Positions 46,007 through 55,610 of a stretch of 64,000 nt of DNA are shown here, piece by piece (the first letter of the stretch is position 1; every line of letters starts with the position of its first letter). The DNA comes from an uncultured Eubacteriales bacterium (lineage in GTDB: Bacteria > Acidobacteriota > Aminicenantia > Aminicenantales > Aminicenantaceae), in contig CAZUXT010000002.1 in assembly GCA_964624145.1 (NCBI GenBank), positions 86,020-150,019 on the forward strand, read 5' to 3'. Both the position numbers and the translations under genes were made by a program. The notes beneath the pieces are model-generated. The model did not search any database, was not told where the DNA came from, and was given only the letters and a program-made list of their open reading frames with translations.

Positions 46007-47977
46007 CTATTGCTTTTTGGTCAGCACAGCGGCCCAGCCTCCTCCGGGAGCCATTTTTATGTTTATTTGACTGTCTGCCGTTACTTCTTTTTCTGTTTTC
46101 TTGTAGTCCTCGGCATGCTTGTGCGCATTGACGCCGTCCTTCATGATGGATGCCGTGTATTTCCCCTCACCCAAAAAAGAAAGGCTCAGGTCAAAGTCCC
46201 GCGGGGTCCAGTCAGTGAGAGCTCCGATATACCAGTTTTCGCCCTTTCTTCTGGCCACTACCACGTATTTGGCTACCGCAGCCTCAAGGCAATTGGTTTC
46301 ATCCCAGGTCACGGGGATTTTTGAAATGAATGCGGTACATTCTTTTTCTCTATAGTAGTTGGAGGGAGTGTCGCAGAGCATCTGCAGAGGGCTCTCATAG
46401 ACAATGTAAAGGGCTATCTGGTGGCACCGGGTACCCTGGCTCATAGGCCGATTGTACCGGACGGAAAAATTGGATTTCTGCGCGTTTCTCATGGCACCGG
46501 GAGTGTAGTCCATGGGCCCGGCCGCCATTCTGATGAACGGCAGAGTCACGTCGTGCTTAGGTGTGATGTCCCGGCTCCACTTGCTGTTTTCAAGACCCTT
46601 GACCCCTTCGTAAGACAGCAGATTGGGATAAGCCCGGCGCAGGCCCGCTGGCTTGAAAGCGCCATGAAAGTCGACCAGAAGCCTGTGTTCGGCAGCCTGT
46701 TTGACGGTCCGTTCGTAAAAATTGACCATGTACTGGTCCGCACGCTGCATAAAGTCGACTTTTACGCCTTTGGCTCCCCATTCGGCATAGGTGCTCAGGA
46801 TGTGTTCCATGTCTTTATCCAGAGGCTGCCACAGGAGCCACAAGATAAGCCCTACATTTTTCTTCAAACCGTAGGCAATGAGTTCTTTGATATTGATCTC
46901 AGGATTCGGTTCTGTAACATTATGTGTTGTTTTGGACCAGCCTTCGTCCAGGATTATGTATTCCAGCCCGAACTCGGAAGCAAAGTCGATATAATATTTA
47001 TATGTCTCTGTATTGATCCCGGATTCAAAATCTACGCCGTAAATATTGAGCGCGTTCCACCAGTCCCAGGCGACTTTGCCCGGCTGGATCCATTCGGCAT
47101 CAGAAATTTTCAGAGGACTGGCCAGTTGAAAGACGAGGTTGCTTTCGATCAAGGTTCCCGCATCATCAGTGATGATAAAGACTCTCCAGGGGAAATCACG
47201 CGTCCCTTTGGTTCTGGCGATGTAATCCGCCTGTTTTGTGATGACCTCGTTTCTGTCCGTCCGGGTATCAGCCGGTTTTGTTTCCAGAATGGCTTTAGGG
47301 AAAAGACTTTTGAGGGCCTTTTCTTTAGTGCCGGAAAGAAACAAACAGGGGTAATCATACAGGTCAGTCTCGCTGATGAACACATAATGGGAATCCTTTG
47401 TTTGAAGCAGCACCGGAAGGGAACAAAAGGCTTTTTTAGGGATTTCAGTGAGTTTTTTTTCAAGGTATTTTCGCTCGTAGTGAGAGATAAGACTTTCTTC
47501 CTGGGGAAAGTATGCTTTGTGATCTTCCGGGAAGTTCAGCCGCAGTTCTTCGCTTGTAACGGTGATCTCCTCCGGATACTGTGTGCTGAACCGGTAGGCT
47601 ATACCGTCATTATAGGCCCGGAAGATGAGCGAATAAGAGCCGTCAAAATCCAGTTTGATGGTATTGAATTCATCCATGATCAGAGATGATTTGTTGGAGA
47701 CAGCCGGACTTATTTCCTTTTTGACTTTATCTTTGCTTGATTTTTTAAGAACAGGATTTTCACCCAGAATTTTGTTTTCATCCAGGATCAAAGAAACCGG
47801 GCTTTTATCAATGACAGGACGGTCTTTGTAATGGACCGACCAGCTGATGTGTTCATCAATAAAGATGCGGATTTCAATTTGAATGTCAGGTGATGTCAAT
47901 GCGTACTCTTTTGGGGATGCATTCATGGGGTTTATAAGGACAAAAATTAATAGAGTCATAACGGAGGTGAATTTCAT
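46007..47977 (-). CDS. Glycoside hydrolase family 97 (alpha-glucosidase-like)
   Basis: 656 aa with a signal peptide. EYIILDEGW, GAKGVKVDFMQRADQ and GLENSKW blocks are characteristic of GH97. Confidence 0.8.
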   Translation of the reverse strand: MKFTSVMTLLIFVLINPMNASPKEYALTSPDIQIEIRIFIDEHISWSVHYKDRPVIDKSPVSLILDENKILGENPVLKKSSKDKVKKEISPAVSNKSSLIMDEFNTIKLDFDGSYSLIFRAYNDGIAYRFSTQYPEEITVTSEELRLNFPEDHKAYFPQEESLISHYERKYLEKKLTEIPKKAFCSLPVLLQTKDSHYVFISETDLYDYPCLFLSGTKEKALKSLFPKAILETKPADTRTDRNEVITKQADYIARTKGTRDFPWRVFIITDDAGTLIESNLVFQLASPLKISDAEWIQPGKVAWDWWNALNIYGVDFESGINTETYKYYIDFASEFGLEYIILDEGWSKTTHNVTEPNPEINIKELIAYGLKKNVGLILWLLWQPLDKDMEHILSTYAEWGAKGVKVDFMQRADQYMVNFYERTVKQAAEHRLLVDFHGAFKPAGLRRAYPNLLSYEGVKGLENSKWSRDITPKHDVTLPFIRMAAGPMDYTPGAMRNAQKSNFSVRYNRPMSQGTRCHQIALYIVYESPLQMLCDTPSNYYREKECTAFISKIPVTWDETNCLEAAVAKYVVVARRKGENWYIGALTDWTPRDFDLSLSFLGEGKYTASIMKDGVNAHKHAEDYKKTEKEVTADSQINIKMAPGGGWAAVLTKKQ

Positions 47978-48167
47978 GGGGTTCTCCTTATATCATTTTG
48001 TTGTTCGATAATTAATATCAGAAATCCTATATTAAAAAAACCCAGGCTGTCAACGAAGATCTGTTCCAGATTTGTTTTAAAACTCAGGTCAACCGTATTT
48101 GTTAACATTCAGGCGGGCGGATTTGAAAATTTCAAGTGGCTTTGCTTTTTTCTGGCTTTGATGCGAT

Positions 48168-49529
48168 TTAATCGATTTTTAAGTTGTAGTTTTTTATTTT
48201 ATAACCGAGCATTCTCTCTGAAATTCCCAGAGCCCGGGCTGCTTGGCTCTTAACGCCCTTGTTCTCATTGAGTGCTCTCTTTATCTCCATGATTTCGAGA
48301 TGCTTGACTTTTTCGGTCAAAGACAACCCGTCCATCTGTATTTTTTCTTCTTTTTTTTCTTTCAGAAAGAGAGGGAGATGTGCTGTTGTGATGTGATCTC
48401 CCTCGCAGAAGACGACCGCTCTCTCCATGACATTTTCTAATTCCCTGATATTTCCGGGAAACTGGTATTGAATAATGGCGTTCATGGCTTCAGCAGATAT
48501 TCCCTCGATTTTTTTTCCCTCCTTCTCGGCAAACTTTCTGATAAAGTGGTCCACTAAAGAGGGAACATCCTCTTTTCTTTTTCTCAGAGGAGGAACATAG
48601 ATGCGAATGACGTTTAACCGGTAATAAAGGTCTGGCCTGAATTTTTCCTCTTCCATCAGCTTCTCAAGGTCTCTGTTTGTGGCCGCAATGATCCTGACAT
48701 CTGATTTCAATGGTTGAGATGAGCCCAACCGGTAGAACTCTCTCTCCTGCAGAAAGCGAAGGAGTTTGACCTGAAGCTGAAGAGGGAGGTCACCGATTTC
48801 GTCAAGAAAAAGGGTTCCCCCTGAGGCGGACTCAAATTTTCCGATTTTTCTTTCATGGGCACCCGTATAAGCTCCTTTCTCAGCACCGAAGAGTTCGCTT
48901 TCAATAAGGGTTTCTGGAAAAGAAGGGATATTGATGACAACATAAGGCCCTTTTTGTCTGTTAGAGGAATAGTGGATGGTTTTGGCCACGAGGTCTTTCC
49001 CCGTCCCTGTCTCGCCAGATATAAGAACCGTTGCCTCGCTTTTGGCGGCTTTGGCTGTTAGTTGAGCCACCTTGTTCATTTTTGAAGAGGTGAAGATGAA
49101 ATTTTTTGGGCTGAATTTTTCTTCGAGTGAACTTTGAAGCAGCGAGACTTCTTTTTTAAGCTTTTGGCGTTCCAGGGCCCTTTCTATCAATAAAAGAAAT
49201 TTATTAAAATCAATGGGTTTGGCGATGTAATCATAGGCTCCTTTTTTCAAGGCCTGAACAGCTATTTCCACGTTTCCGTATGCTGTCGCCATAATAGGTG
49301 TGATCAAAGGATTTTTCTCCAGGATCCCCTGAATCACATCAATACCAGTTTCCTCGTCCAGTTTAAAATCGACCACAGCGATATCTATGGTCTGCTCTGT
49401 GATGATATGGAGAGCTTCTTTTCGGGAAGAGGCCTCAAAGACTCTGTAACCTTCTTGTTCTAGATTCTCTTTGATTAGTTTTTTTTGGAGGGGATCGTCT
49501 TCTACGATCAAGAGATGTCCTTTGTCCAT
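48168..49529 (-). CDS. Sigma-54-dependent response regulator (NtrC family)
   Basis: Receiver domain (LLIVEDD, VVDFKL), AAA+ domain (GETGTGKDLVAKTIH, ESELFGAEKGAYTGA, the GAFTGA-type loop) and C-terminal HTH (AARALGISERML). Confidence 0.9.
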   Translation of the reverse strand: MDKGHLLIVEDDPLQKKLIKENLEQEGYRVFEASSRKEALHIITEQTIDIAVVDFKLDEETGIDVIQGILEKNPLITPIMATAYGNVEIAVQALKKGAYDYIAKPIDFNKFLLLIERALERQKLKKEVSLLQSSLEEKFSPKNFIFTSSKMNKVAQLTAKAAKSEATVLISGETGTGKDLVAKTIHYSSNRQKGPYVVINIPSFPETLIESELFGAEKGAYTGAHERKIGKFESASGGTLFLDEIGDLPLQLQVKLLRFLQEREFYRLGSSQPLKSDVRIIAATNRDLEKLMEEEKFRPDLYYRLNVIRIYVPPLRKRKEDVPSLVDHFIRKFAEKEGKKIEGISAEAMNAIIQYQFPGNIRELENVMERAVVFCEGDHITTAHLPLFLKEKKEEKIQMDGLSLTEKVKHLEIMEIKRALNENKGVKSQAARALGISERMLGYKIKNYNLKID

Positions 49530-49530
49530 G

Positions 49531-50829
49531 TCATCCTCCTGTTATCTGAATTGAAAAAGAGGTCCCTTGCCCGATATGGCTGTCAAATGAAATCCTTCCC
49601 TGATGAGCCTCGATGATTTTTTTTGCCAGGTAGAGACCCACGCCCATTCCTTGCTTTTTATGTGAAGAGAAAGGTTCGAAAATGTGCATCTTTTCTTCAT
49701 CAGACATTCCTTTTCCGCTGTCTGTAATGGTGATGGTCACTTTTTTTCTATGGTCTTTGGCATGGACGCGAACAGCTCCCTTTTCAGTGGCTTCCAGAGA
49801 ATTTTTAAGCAGGTTGAGAAAAACCTGGCTCATCAATCCCTTATCCGCATGGAGAATGACCTCTTTGTCTTCGGAATACTGCAGGTCCACTGACATTGAG
49901 AAGCCTTTTCTTCTTAAAGATTCAAAGATGTCCTCGATAAGGTCCTTAAGGACAACCTTCTCTTTCTGGAGGTTCATTGGTTTGAGTGCGGCTGAGAAAA
50001 GATCAATAATACGGGATATTTTTTGGACCTCTGTCCTTCCTTGAGTGACATCCTTGCGGAGCTCCCCTGGGGATTTTTTTTGCAGGAGTTCCAGGAGAAG
50101 AGACAGACTGTTCAGCGGGTTTTTGATTTCATGGGCAATTCCCGAAGTAAAAGCGGAGATCTCACGGAACCTCTCTTTTTCCCGCTTTTCTTTCTCTGTT
50201 TCTTTCTCTTTTTTCATATAGTAGGCTTGAATTCGATAAATACCCAAAAAGAAAACGATTCCTATGCCCGCAATGACAGAAAAAAGAATAATGAAATTCC
50301 TTTTGGAATAGGCCATCATCTCTTCAAGATTAACCAGAGAGTATCCCAAGTAAATATGGTAAGTTTTATTATCCGGGGCTGTAAAAGAAGAAAAAAAGTT
50401 ATAGATTTTCCCGACCGGCGAGTCAATGACCCATGACTCTTTTTCTATCAAGGTTTTGCGAGAGAGGGGGAGATAACCCTCGAACTGAGACTTCCAGCCC
50501 AATATGTTTTTTTCATCGTCCAGCAGGGCCATATAATAGATATTTTCTTCTCCGGAATAGAGCTCAAAGATCTCGTCTGCTTGATAGTTTTCGCTCAAAT
50601 AATGTGAAATGTTTGTCTTGAGTATTTCGGCTGTAGAACGGAGTTGTTCTTTTACAAGGTCTTCAACCTTGGTTTTGATATAGGACCTATTCACTGTGGA
50701 GAGGACAAAAAAAAGAAGAACAATCCCAATCAGGGGAAGGAAAAAAAATAAGAATAGAGCCTTTTTTTTCACGAAAAGTCCCTTTTTCTTTTCCCCTTCC
50801 TGGTCATTTGTCCCTTTCCTCCTCTCCAA
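49531..50829 (-). CDS. Sensor histidine kinase (HisKA + HATPase_c)
   Basis: H-box FTSGIAHEIKNPLNSL; N/G boxes LLKNSLEA, DSGKGM, GMGVGL. The start is uncertain (GTG 50772 would abut the upstream stop). Confidence 0.85.
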   Translation of the reverse strand: MERRKGTNDQEGEKKKGLFVKKKALFLFFFLPLIGIVLLFFVLSTVNRSYIKTKVEDLVKEQLRSTAEILKTNISHYLSENYQADEIFELYSGEENIYYMALLDDEKNILGWKSQFEGYLPLSRKTLIEKESWVIDSPVGKIYNFFSSFTAPDNKTYHIYLGYSLVNLEEMMAYSKRNFIILFSVIAGIGIVFFLGIYRIQAYYMKKEKETEKEKREKERFREISAFTSGIAHEIKNPLNSLSLLLELLQKKSPGELRKDVTQGRTEVQKISRIIDLFSAALKPMNLQKEKVVLKDLIEDIFESLRRKGFSMSVDLQYSEDKEVILHADKGLMSQVFLNLLKNSLEATEKGAVRVHAKDHRKKVTITITDSGKGMSDEEKMHIFEPFSSHKKQGMGVGLYLAKKIIEAHQGRISFDSHIGQGTSFSIQITGG

Positions 50830-51212
50830 TTTGGAAATCCATGCTTATCTCTAAGAAGAAGGGTTTGACCGCTGAACTGGACTTCTCTCGCAATGATGTT
50901 CTGGACGTTTTCTTCGGATGTATATAGGGACCCTTTGACCACAAGATATTCGCCCTGATGAAAATCATGGTCAAAGAACCACACGGGGCTGATTTCAACA
51001 TTAAAGATTGTTTCTGTCTTGTTTTCCTTAAGGATGATGATGAGAAAAGGGGAAGTGTTCTCGTAAAGAGGCTCCATTTTGATTTCTTTAATGGTTCCTT
51101 TGACCGTGACTTCCTTATCCACGTTGTAATAATGCTCTTTCTTTTGTCCGTAGGAAAAAATGGTTGAGAAGAACAAAAAAAGAGCCAATCCCCACAGAGG
51201 AAGCCGCTTCAT
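50769..51212 (-). CDS. Hypothetical secreted protein (OB-fold-like)
   Basis: ATG 51212 gives MKRLPLWGLALFLFFSTIFSYG. VTVKGTIKEI...LVVKGSLY resembles small periplasmic OB proteins. Basic C-terminal tail. Confidence 0.5.
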   Translation of the reverse strand: MKRLPLWGLALFLFFSTIFSYGQKKEHYYNVDKEVTVKGTIKEIKMEPLYENTSPFLIIILKENKTETIFNVEISPVWFFDHDFHQGEYLVVKGSLYTSEENVQNIIAREVQFSGQTLLLRDKHGFPNWRGGKGQMTRKGKRKRDFS

Positions 51213-52378
51213 TTTCTTTCTCCGTATGATGTGTTCCATTGAATCCCGGCTGAGAAAAAGTGGCCGTTCCAATTAAATAAAGGATCGTTGGAATCGTTAT
51301 CCACATAAAAATAGGAAAGAGAAACAGAAAATTTTGAAAAGTTCTTCTCAATACTCATTTCGGGCTGCCTTCTTTTATCGTTTCGCAATATTCCGAGGGA
51401 ATCTCCTTCAAGGCTAGAGCTGTAAATCCCCGGGAATTTCTTATTATCCATAGTATACCTCAACTTCAACTGTATATTCCAGGGTATAAGCACAGCCAGT
51501 TGGGCTCCGACCCTGAAACCTTTCCAGGAAAACCGGTCATAAGAAGGATTTTCAACAGCATAGAACTCTTCTATGAAAGTGAAAGGATTTTTTCCGGAAA
51601 GGCTCCACTGCCTAGTGCCTGTTAGCTGAAGTCCTATGCGACTTCCCAGTCCCTGGGCGATCAATCCTGACAAAGAAAACACTTGGAGTCCCTGTCCCTT
51701 GCTCTGTGTTTGTATGATAAATTGGTTCAGCCCGCCTCTATAAGGATTGTGTTTTCCTTTGCCCCCAGAAGAGGGTGAATTTGTTTCTGTGTCCATAGGT
51801 TCTTCGGAGAGATAAGGGTGCAGAAAGTTTTTGTATCCCCAGCCTATCTCTCCTTTCAGAGTTGTTTTCGTCTGGAAGTATTTGTCAAGAGAGAGCATCA
51901 GGGAGTGGCTTGTATGGTCAAAAACAGACGACCTAAAGTTTTTGTATTCAAATGAATAATTGGATTTCATGATGGAGGTCTGACTGAGGTATGTTTTAAA
52001 AGCCCCAAAAAAATTTATTGAAAGGTAGTTGAAGTCAGCATAGTCAGCCTGGTAAAAAGCGCCGCGTCCGGCCAGAGAAAAATAAAATGCTGATTTTTCG
52101 CTAACCGTATAAAGAGTGTTAACGCCAAGATCTTGAGTGTAATAGGAAAGATTTGTGTTTTTATAAAGATAGGAATAATTTCCTTCGGTGAACAGCGAAA
52201 GTCCTGAGAAGTTCTTGTCTATATATATTCCAAAAGTTGAGAGCTGGTCTGACTCCGCATACATGTTTTGGAAGAGATTGTCCGTCGCGCCCTGGAAAAA
52301 GGACAGCGATAGAGTGTCGGCCATCATGTTTGTGATGAACACTAACGTAAAAAATAGGATGAGTATGTGTTTTTTCAA
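51209..52378 (-). CDS. Putative outer-membrane beta-barrel protein
   Basis: Signal peptide; alternating aromatic/hydrophilic strands with many Y/F-ending segments. No further motif. Confidence 0.5.
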   Translation of the reverse strand: MKKHILILFFTLVFITNMMADTLSLSFFQGATDNLFQNMYAESDQLSTFGIYIDKNFSGLSLFTEGNYSYLYKNTNLSYYTQDLGVNTLYTVSEKSAFYFSLAGRGAFYQADYADFNYLSINFFGAFKTYLSQTSIMKSNYSFEYKNFRSSVFDHTSHSLMLSLDKYFQTKTTLKGEIGWGYKNFLHPYLSEEPMDTETNSPSSGGKGKHNPYRGGLNQFIIQTQSKGQGLQVFSLSGLIAQGLGSRIGLQLTGTRQWSLSGKNPFTFIEEFYAVENPSYDRFSWKGFRVGAQLAVLIPWNIQLKLRYTMDNKKFPGIYSSSLEGDSLGILRNDKRRQPEMSIEKNFSKFSVSLSYFYVDNDSNDPLFNWNGHFFSAGIQWNTSYGERK

Positions 52379-52432
52379 GTTTTTTCCTTAAAAGAGGGGA
52401 AGGGGGGCTCTCCCCCTTCCCTCCCTTATGTG

Positions 52433-52834
52433 TCATCTGCCGCCGCGTCTAATGCCTCGGCCCTTGGGTCCTGTGCCGTCACAAATACCTGTCCCGAATT
52501 GGTTGTTGCTGAAGTCGCTCATTCCGCCGAACCGAGCTGATGAACCCCTTCTTCCATTACTTCCCCTGTATCCTTTTCCATCTTGGGATCTGGTCCAGTC
52601 GCTATCCTGGCCGTTGGGGATTCCATCATTGTCGTGATCACGGAAGTCATTAGCAAAATCACAGATTCCGTCCCCGTTTTCGTCTACAAATAAGGTGCGG
52701 ACTTGAAACCTTGATTTTACCATGTTCTGTACGGTATTTCGAGATGCTTTTTGCGGTGTATCCTCAGCAAGAACAAAGCTCACACCAAGAATCGCCAAAA
52801 CTCCTAACAGCGCGATTGTTTTTCTGATGTTCAT
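52433..52834 (-). CDS. Small secreted protein with Asp-rich calcium-binding-like repeats and Gly/Arg-rich tail
   Basis: AGGAGG SD before ATG 52834 and a signal peptide. FVDENGDGICDFANDFRDHDNDGIPNGQDSDW (DxDxDG-type loops). Confidence 0.6.
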   Translation of the reverse strand: MNIRKTIALLGVLAILGVSFVLAEDTPQKASRNTVQNMVKSRFQVRTLFVDENGDGICDFANDFRDHDNDGIPNGQDSDWTRSQDGKGYRGSNGRRGSSARFGGMSDFSNNQFGTGICDGTGPKGRGIRRGGR

Positions 52835-52877
52835 TTGAACCTCCTTTCGTTTCATTGTTTCATCAGGTCTTTGTCAA

Positions 52878-52893
52878 TGCAAAACTCATGCCA
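52878..52893 (-). promoter_or_regulatory. Sigma-54 (-24/-12) promoter
   Basis: The reverse strand reads TGGCATGAGTTTTGCA. GG and GC have exactly the consensus spacing of TGGCAC-N5-TTGC. It lies ~45 nt upstream of ATG 52834, and the operon ends with an NtrC-type activator. Confidence 0.75.
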
Positions 52894-52944
52894 AGTTTTA
52901 TCTTATTGAAAACAAATAGGATATAAAAATACTGTTACGAATAG

Positions 52945-52984
52945 CTCCTACAATAATGTAGGAAATCCTACGATATTGTAGGAG
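52945..52984. promoter_or_regulatory. Two tandem 18-bp palindromes (TCCTACA-N4-TGTAGGA), candidate enhancer-binding-protein sites
   Basis: cTCCTACAataaTGTAGGAaaTCCTACGatatTGTAGGAg. The two sites sit 55-105 bp upstream of the -24 element. The whole 40-mer is itself an inverted repeat (CTCCTACAAT...ATTGTAGGAG). Confidence 0.6.
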
Positions 52985-53081
52985 CCTTTAGAGAAAATTT
53001 CCCCCAAATTTATACAGGAGAATCCCGTTTTATTGCATCTTCCGGGCGCCCTTTTTTTTGAGCCATTAATAATTCTAAATA

Positions 53082-54113
53082 CTATTCAGTTGAAAAGAGG
53101 AAGTAATCGTATAAGCTACGGGCAATTTGGGCGATGACCTCTTCGCTTTCTTCATTATCTATTTTAGCTTCTTTTATGAAGATAACAGCTATGACATTTC
53201 CCGCGTCTCCGGGGAGTTCGATGATTCCCACATCGTTGGTTGTAGCCCCTATGGTCCCGGTTTTATGAAAGACGGTGGTACCGGGAGGAAGAATGCCCTT
53301 GAGCCGGGCTTCTCCGGTCTGGCATCGCTTCATAATATCAAGAAGATACTCTGAGTTTTCCTGAGTGAGGATTTCCCTGTTCCAGATTTTTTTCAACAGC
53401 TGTGCCATAGCCGCAGGAGTGGAGGTGTCCTGTGTGTCTTTGCTGAAATCCCGGGCGGCTTGTTCGCGTTGTTCCTCTGATAACTGCCTGAACTGCTTGA
53501 CAACGTCATCATCTGAGTAAGGTTCGCTTTCTTTAGCGGATGTGACTCCCAGAAAATGGGCGATAGCCACATAGGTGGGCCGGCTGATGTCCATGCCCGT
53601 AATCCCTATCTCCCGCATTTTTTGGGTGACCGCTTTTGATCCACCCACATATTTCATGCAGATATCTGTCGCACTGTTATCACTTATCAGCAGCATCAGT
53701 TCTAATAAATTTTGGACGGACAGGATGACTCCCGGATCATCCAGCAGCCGGGCTATGGTCCCGCTTCCGGGATGGAGGTCGTTTTTTTTGATCTCGATCA
53801 TGTCCGAGAGCGTGATGTCTCCTTTTTCAACAAGGGATAAAAGCTTTACAGCTATGGGGATTTTGAAAGTGCTGGCCATAGGATAACGGATGTCTTTGTT
53901 GTAAGAAAAGGATTTGCCTGTCTCAAGATGAAAGGATCCGACTCCCACAGACCCTCCTGTGCTTTTTTCGAACCGGGCTATCTCCTCTGTGAGCCTCTTT
54001 ATGGCCGCATCTCCATCTTCACCTTGAACATTTGAAGAGCTCTCAAGGACGTTAACAGAGACAAATAAAATTAAAGATAAAATAAGGACCAAACACCGGC
54101 ACATTTTTTTCAT
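53082..54113 (-). CDS. Class A beta-lactamase-related serine hydrolase
   Basis: AAGGAG SD and a signal peptide. Motifs: STFK (MASTFKIPIA), SDN (LLISDNSATD), KTG (FHKTGTIG). The omega-loop position aligned by eye (MDISRPTYV) lacks the Glu166/Asn170 pair. Confidence 0.7.
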   Translation of the reverse strand: MKKMCRCLVLILSLILFVSVNVLESSSNVQGEDGDAAIKRLTEEIARFEKSTGGSVGVGSFHLETGKSFSYNKDIRYPMASTFKIPIAVKLLSLVEKGDITLSDMIEIKKNDLHPGSGTIARLLDDPGVILSVQNLLELMLLISDNSATDICMKYVGGSKAVTQKMREIGITGMDISRPTYVAIAHFLGVTSAKESEPYSDDDVVKQFRQLSEEQREQAARDFSKDTQDTSTPAAMAQLLKKIWNREILTQENSEYLLDIMKRCQTGEARLKGILPPGTTVFHKTGTIGATTNDVGIIELPGDAGNVIAVIFIKEAKIDNEESEEVIAQIARSLYDYFLFSTE

Positions 54114-54300
54114 GCCTTCTTCTCCTTTGTGTTTTTTAGTTATTGAGATTATTTTATAGGAATGTGCGTGAAATCTCAATTTCCCATTTGCACAGGAAAA
54201 GAGTGCTTAAGCTCTGAAGTTTGTTCGTGAAGGGAGAGAAAAAAGGCTGTTGTCGTTCTTTCTGGCAGATGGTATGATTCCTTTATCCGGGAGGAGAGCT

Positions 54301-55521
54301 ATGTCTACAAAGAGATTGATTGGTTTATTTCTTGTTCTGTCATTCTGTGCCGCAGGGTTTACGCAAGAAGAGACAGATCAAACACTGCGGCTTGAGATCG
54401 GGAATCCCTTATATAAATCAAAGACTTTGAGGATAGAAGCGGGGGAGATTTTCTCAGCCGCGAAAGGGAAAGCCGTTATGTTTAAGGAGATGATAGATGA
54501 GATGAAAAAAGCCCGGTTTATCTATGTGGGCGAGACGCACAACAGCCTTCCTATGCATGATATTCAGTTCGAAATCGCAGAAGCTCTGTATATGCAGGAC
54601 CGAAGTCTGAGTATCGGGCTTGAGATGTTTGACGTCACTTGGCAGGAGAGGCTAAACCAGTGGAGCATGGGGATTATGACTGCGGATGAGTTCATAGACC
54701 AGGCAAAATGGTATGAAAACTGGAATTTTAACTTCAATTATTACAGAAAGATATTCGCGCTGGCCAAAGAACACAAGATTCCCATGTACGCGCTGAATGC
54801 CCCCAGAGAAATAATACGCAGAATAAGAATGCGTGGATGGGGGTCTTTGAGTGAGGAGGAAAAAAAGATTGTGCCCGAGCCCGGGCTTTCAAATGAGGAC
54901 CACAGGTTCCTTATGAAAAAGATTTTTAGCGGGGTGGATATGCCCGAAGCCATGAAAGGTCATGAGCAGATGATGTTCGAGGGATTGTACAGAGCACAGT
55001 CAGCCTGGGATGAAGTGATGGCCAAAAACACACTCAAAGCAGCCGAGGTTGAAGGCAGCAGAGTTGTGGTGTTCGCGGGTTCAGGGCATCTTTTGTATAA
55101 CCTTGGGATCAGCCGACGTGTTTATGAGAAGAGGGCTCTCCCTTTTAAGACCGTTGTCTGCATTGCAGTGCCGGAAGGAGAAGAAAGCATCGAAGTTTCC
55201 CGAAGCCTCGCTGATTTTATCTGGGGGATCCCCTTTGGAGAGAGGCCGGTGTATCCTTCACCCGGGATCGCGCTGAAAAAAGTGGAAGGCCTGGATAATC
55301 CTGTTATTGAGCGGGATCCGGTCTCAGGGGTTGCAAAGGGGCAGAATTTCAAAAAAGGGGATATCATTTTGTCTGTTGACGGAAAGGAGTATGCTTCCAT
55401 TAACGATCTCAGAAAATATCTTTCTCAATTCAGTTGGGGAGATGAAGTCTGTTTCCGGATACTTCGCGAGGCCGTGGAAATTGAAACCAAGCTTGTATTT
55501 AAAGACAGAGGAGAAAACTGA
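54301..55521 (+). CDS. ChaN/Tiki-superfamily (haem-binding-uptake-like) protein with C-terminal PDZ domain
   Basis: GGAGG SD and a signal peptide. ARFIYVGETHNSLPMHDIQ and VVVFAGSGHL blocks. C-terminal GVAKGQNFKKGDIILSVDG is PDZ-like. Confidence 0.6.
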   Translation: MSTKRLIGLFLVLSFCAAGFTQEETDQTLRLEIGNPLYKSKTLRIEAGEIFSAAKGKAVMFKEMIDEMKKARFIYVGETHNSLPMHDIQFEIAEALYMQDRSLSIGLEMFDVTWQERLNQWSMGIMTADEFIDQAKWYENWNFNFNYYRKIFALAKEHKIPMYALNAPREIIRRIRMRGWGSLSEEEKKIVPEPGLSNEDHRFLMKKIFSGVDMPEAMKGHEQMMFEGLYRAQSAWDEVMAKNTLKAAEVEGSRVVVFAGSGHLLYNLGISRRVYEKRALPFKTVVCIAVPEGEESIEVSRSLADFIWGIPFGERPVYPSPGIALKKVEGLDNPVIERDPVSGVAKGQNFKKGDIILSVDGKEYASINDLRKYLSQFSWGDEVCFRILREAVEIETKLVFKDRGEN

Positions 55522-55610
55522 ATTTTATCCGGTGCCTCGGCTTTCTTGAATTTGTTTGAATGAATGGTTAGAATAAACGGGTAAAACAACAATGATAGCG
55601 GATAAGTTTA

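Noticed and set aside
46421-47689. 422-aa ORF on the plus strand
   Set aside because: It is entirely antisense to the well-supported GH97 gene (46007-47977), has no recognisable motif, and its composition mirrors the opposite-strand codons. It is a shadow ORF.
53044-53059. GGGCGCCC followed by T8, considered as an intrinsic terminator
   Set aside because: A palindrome with no loop cannot form a meaningful hairpin. The T-run is on the strand opposite to both flanking genes.
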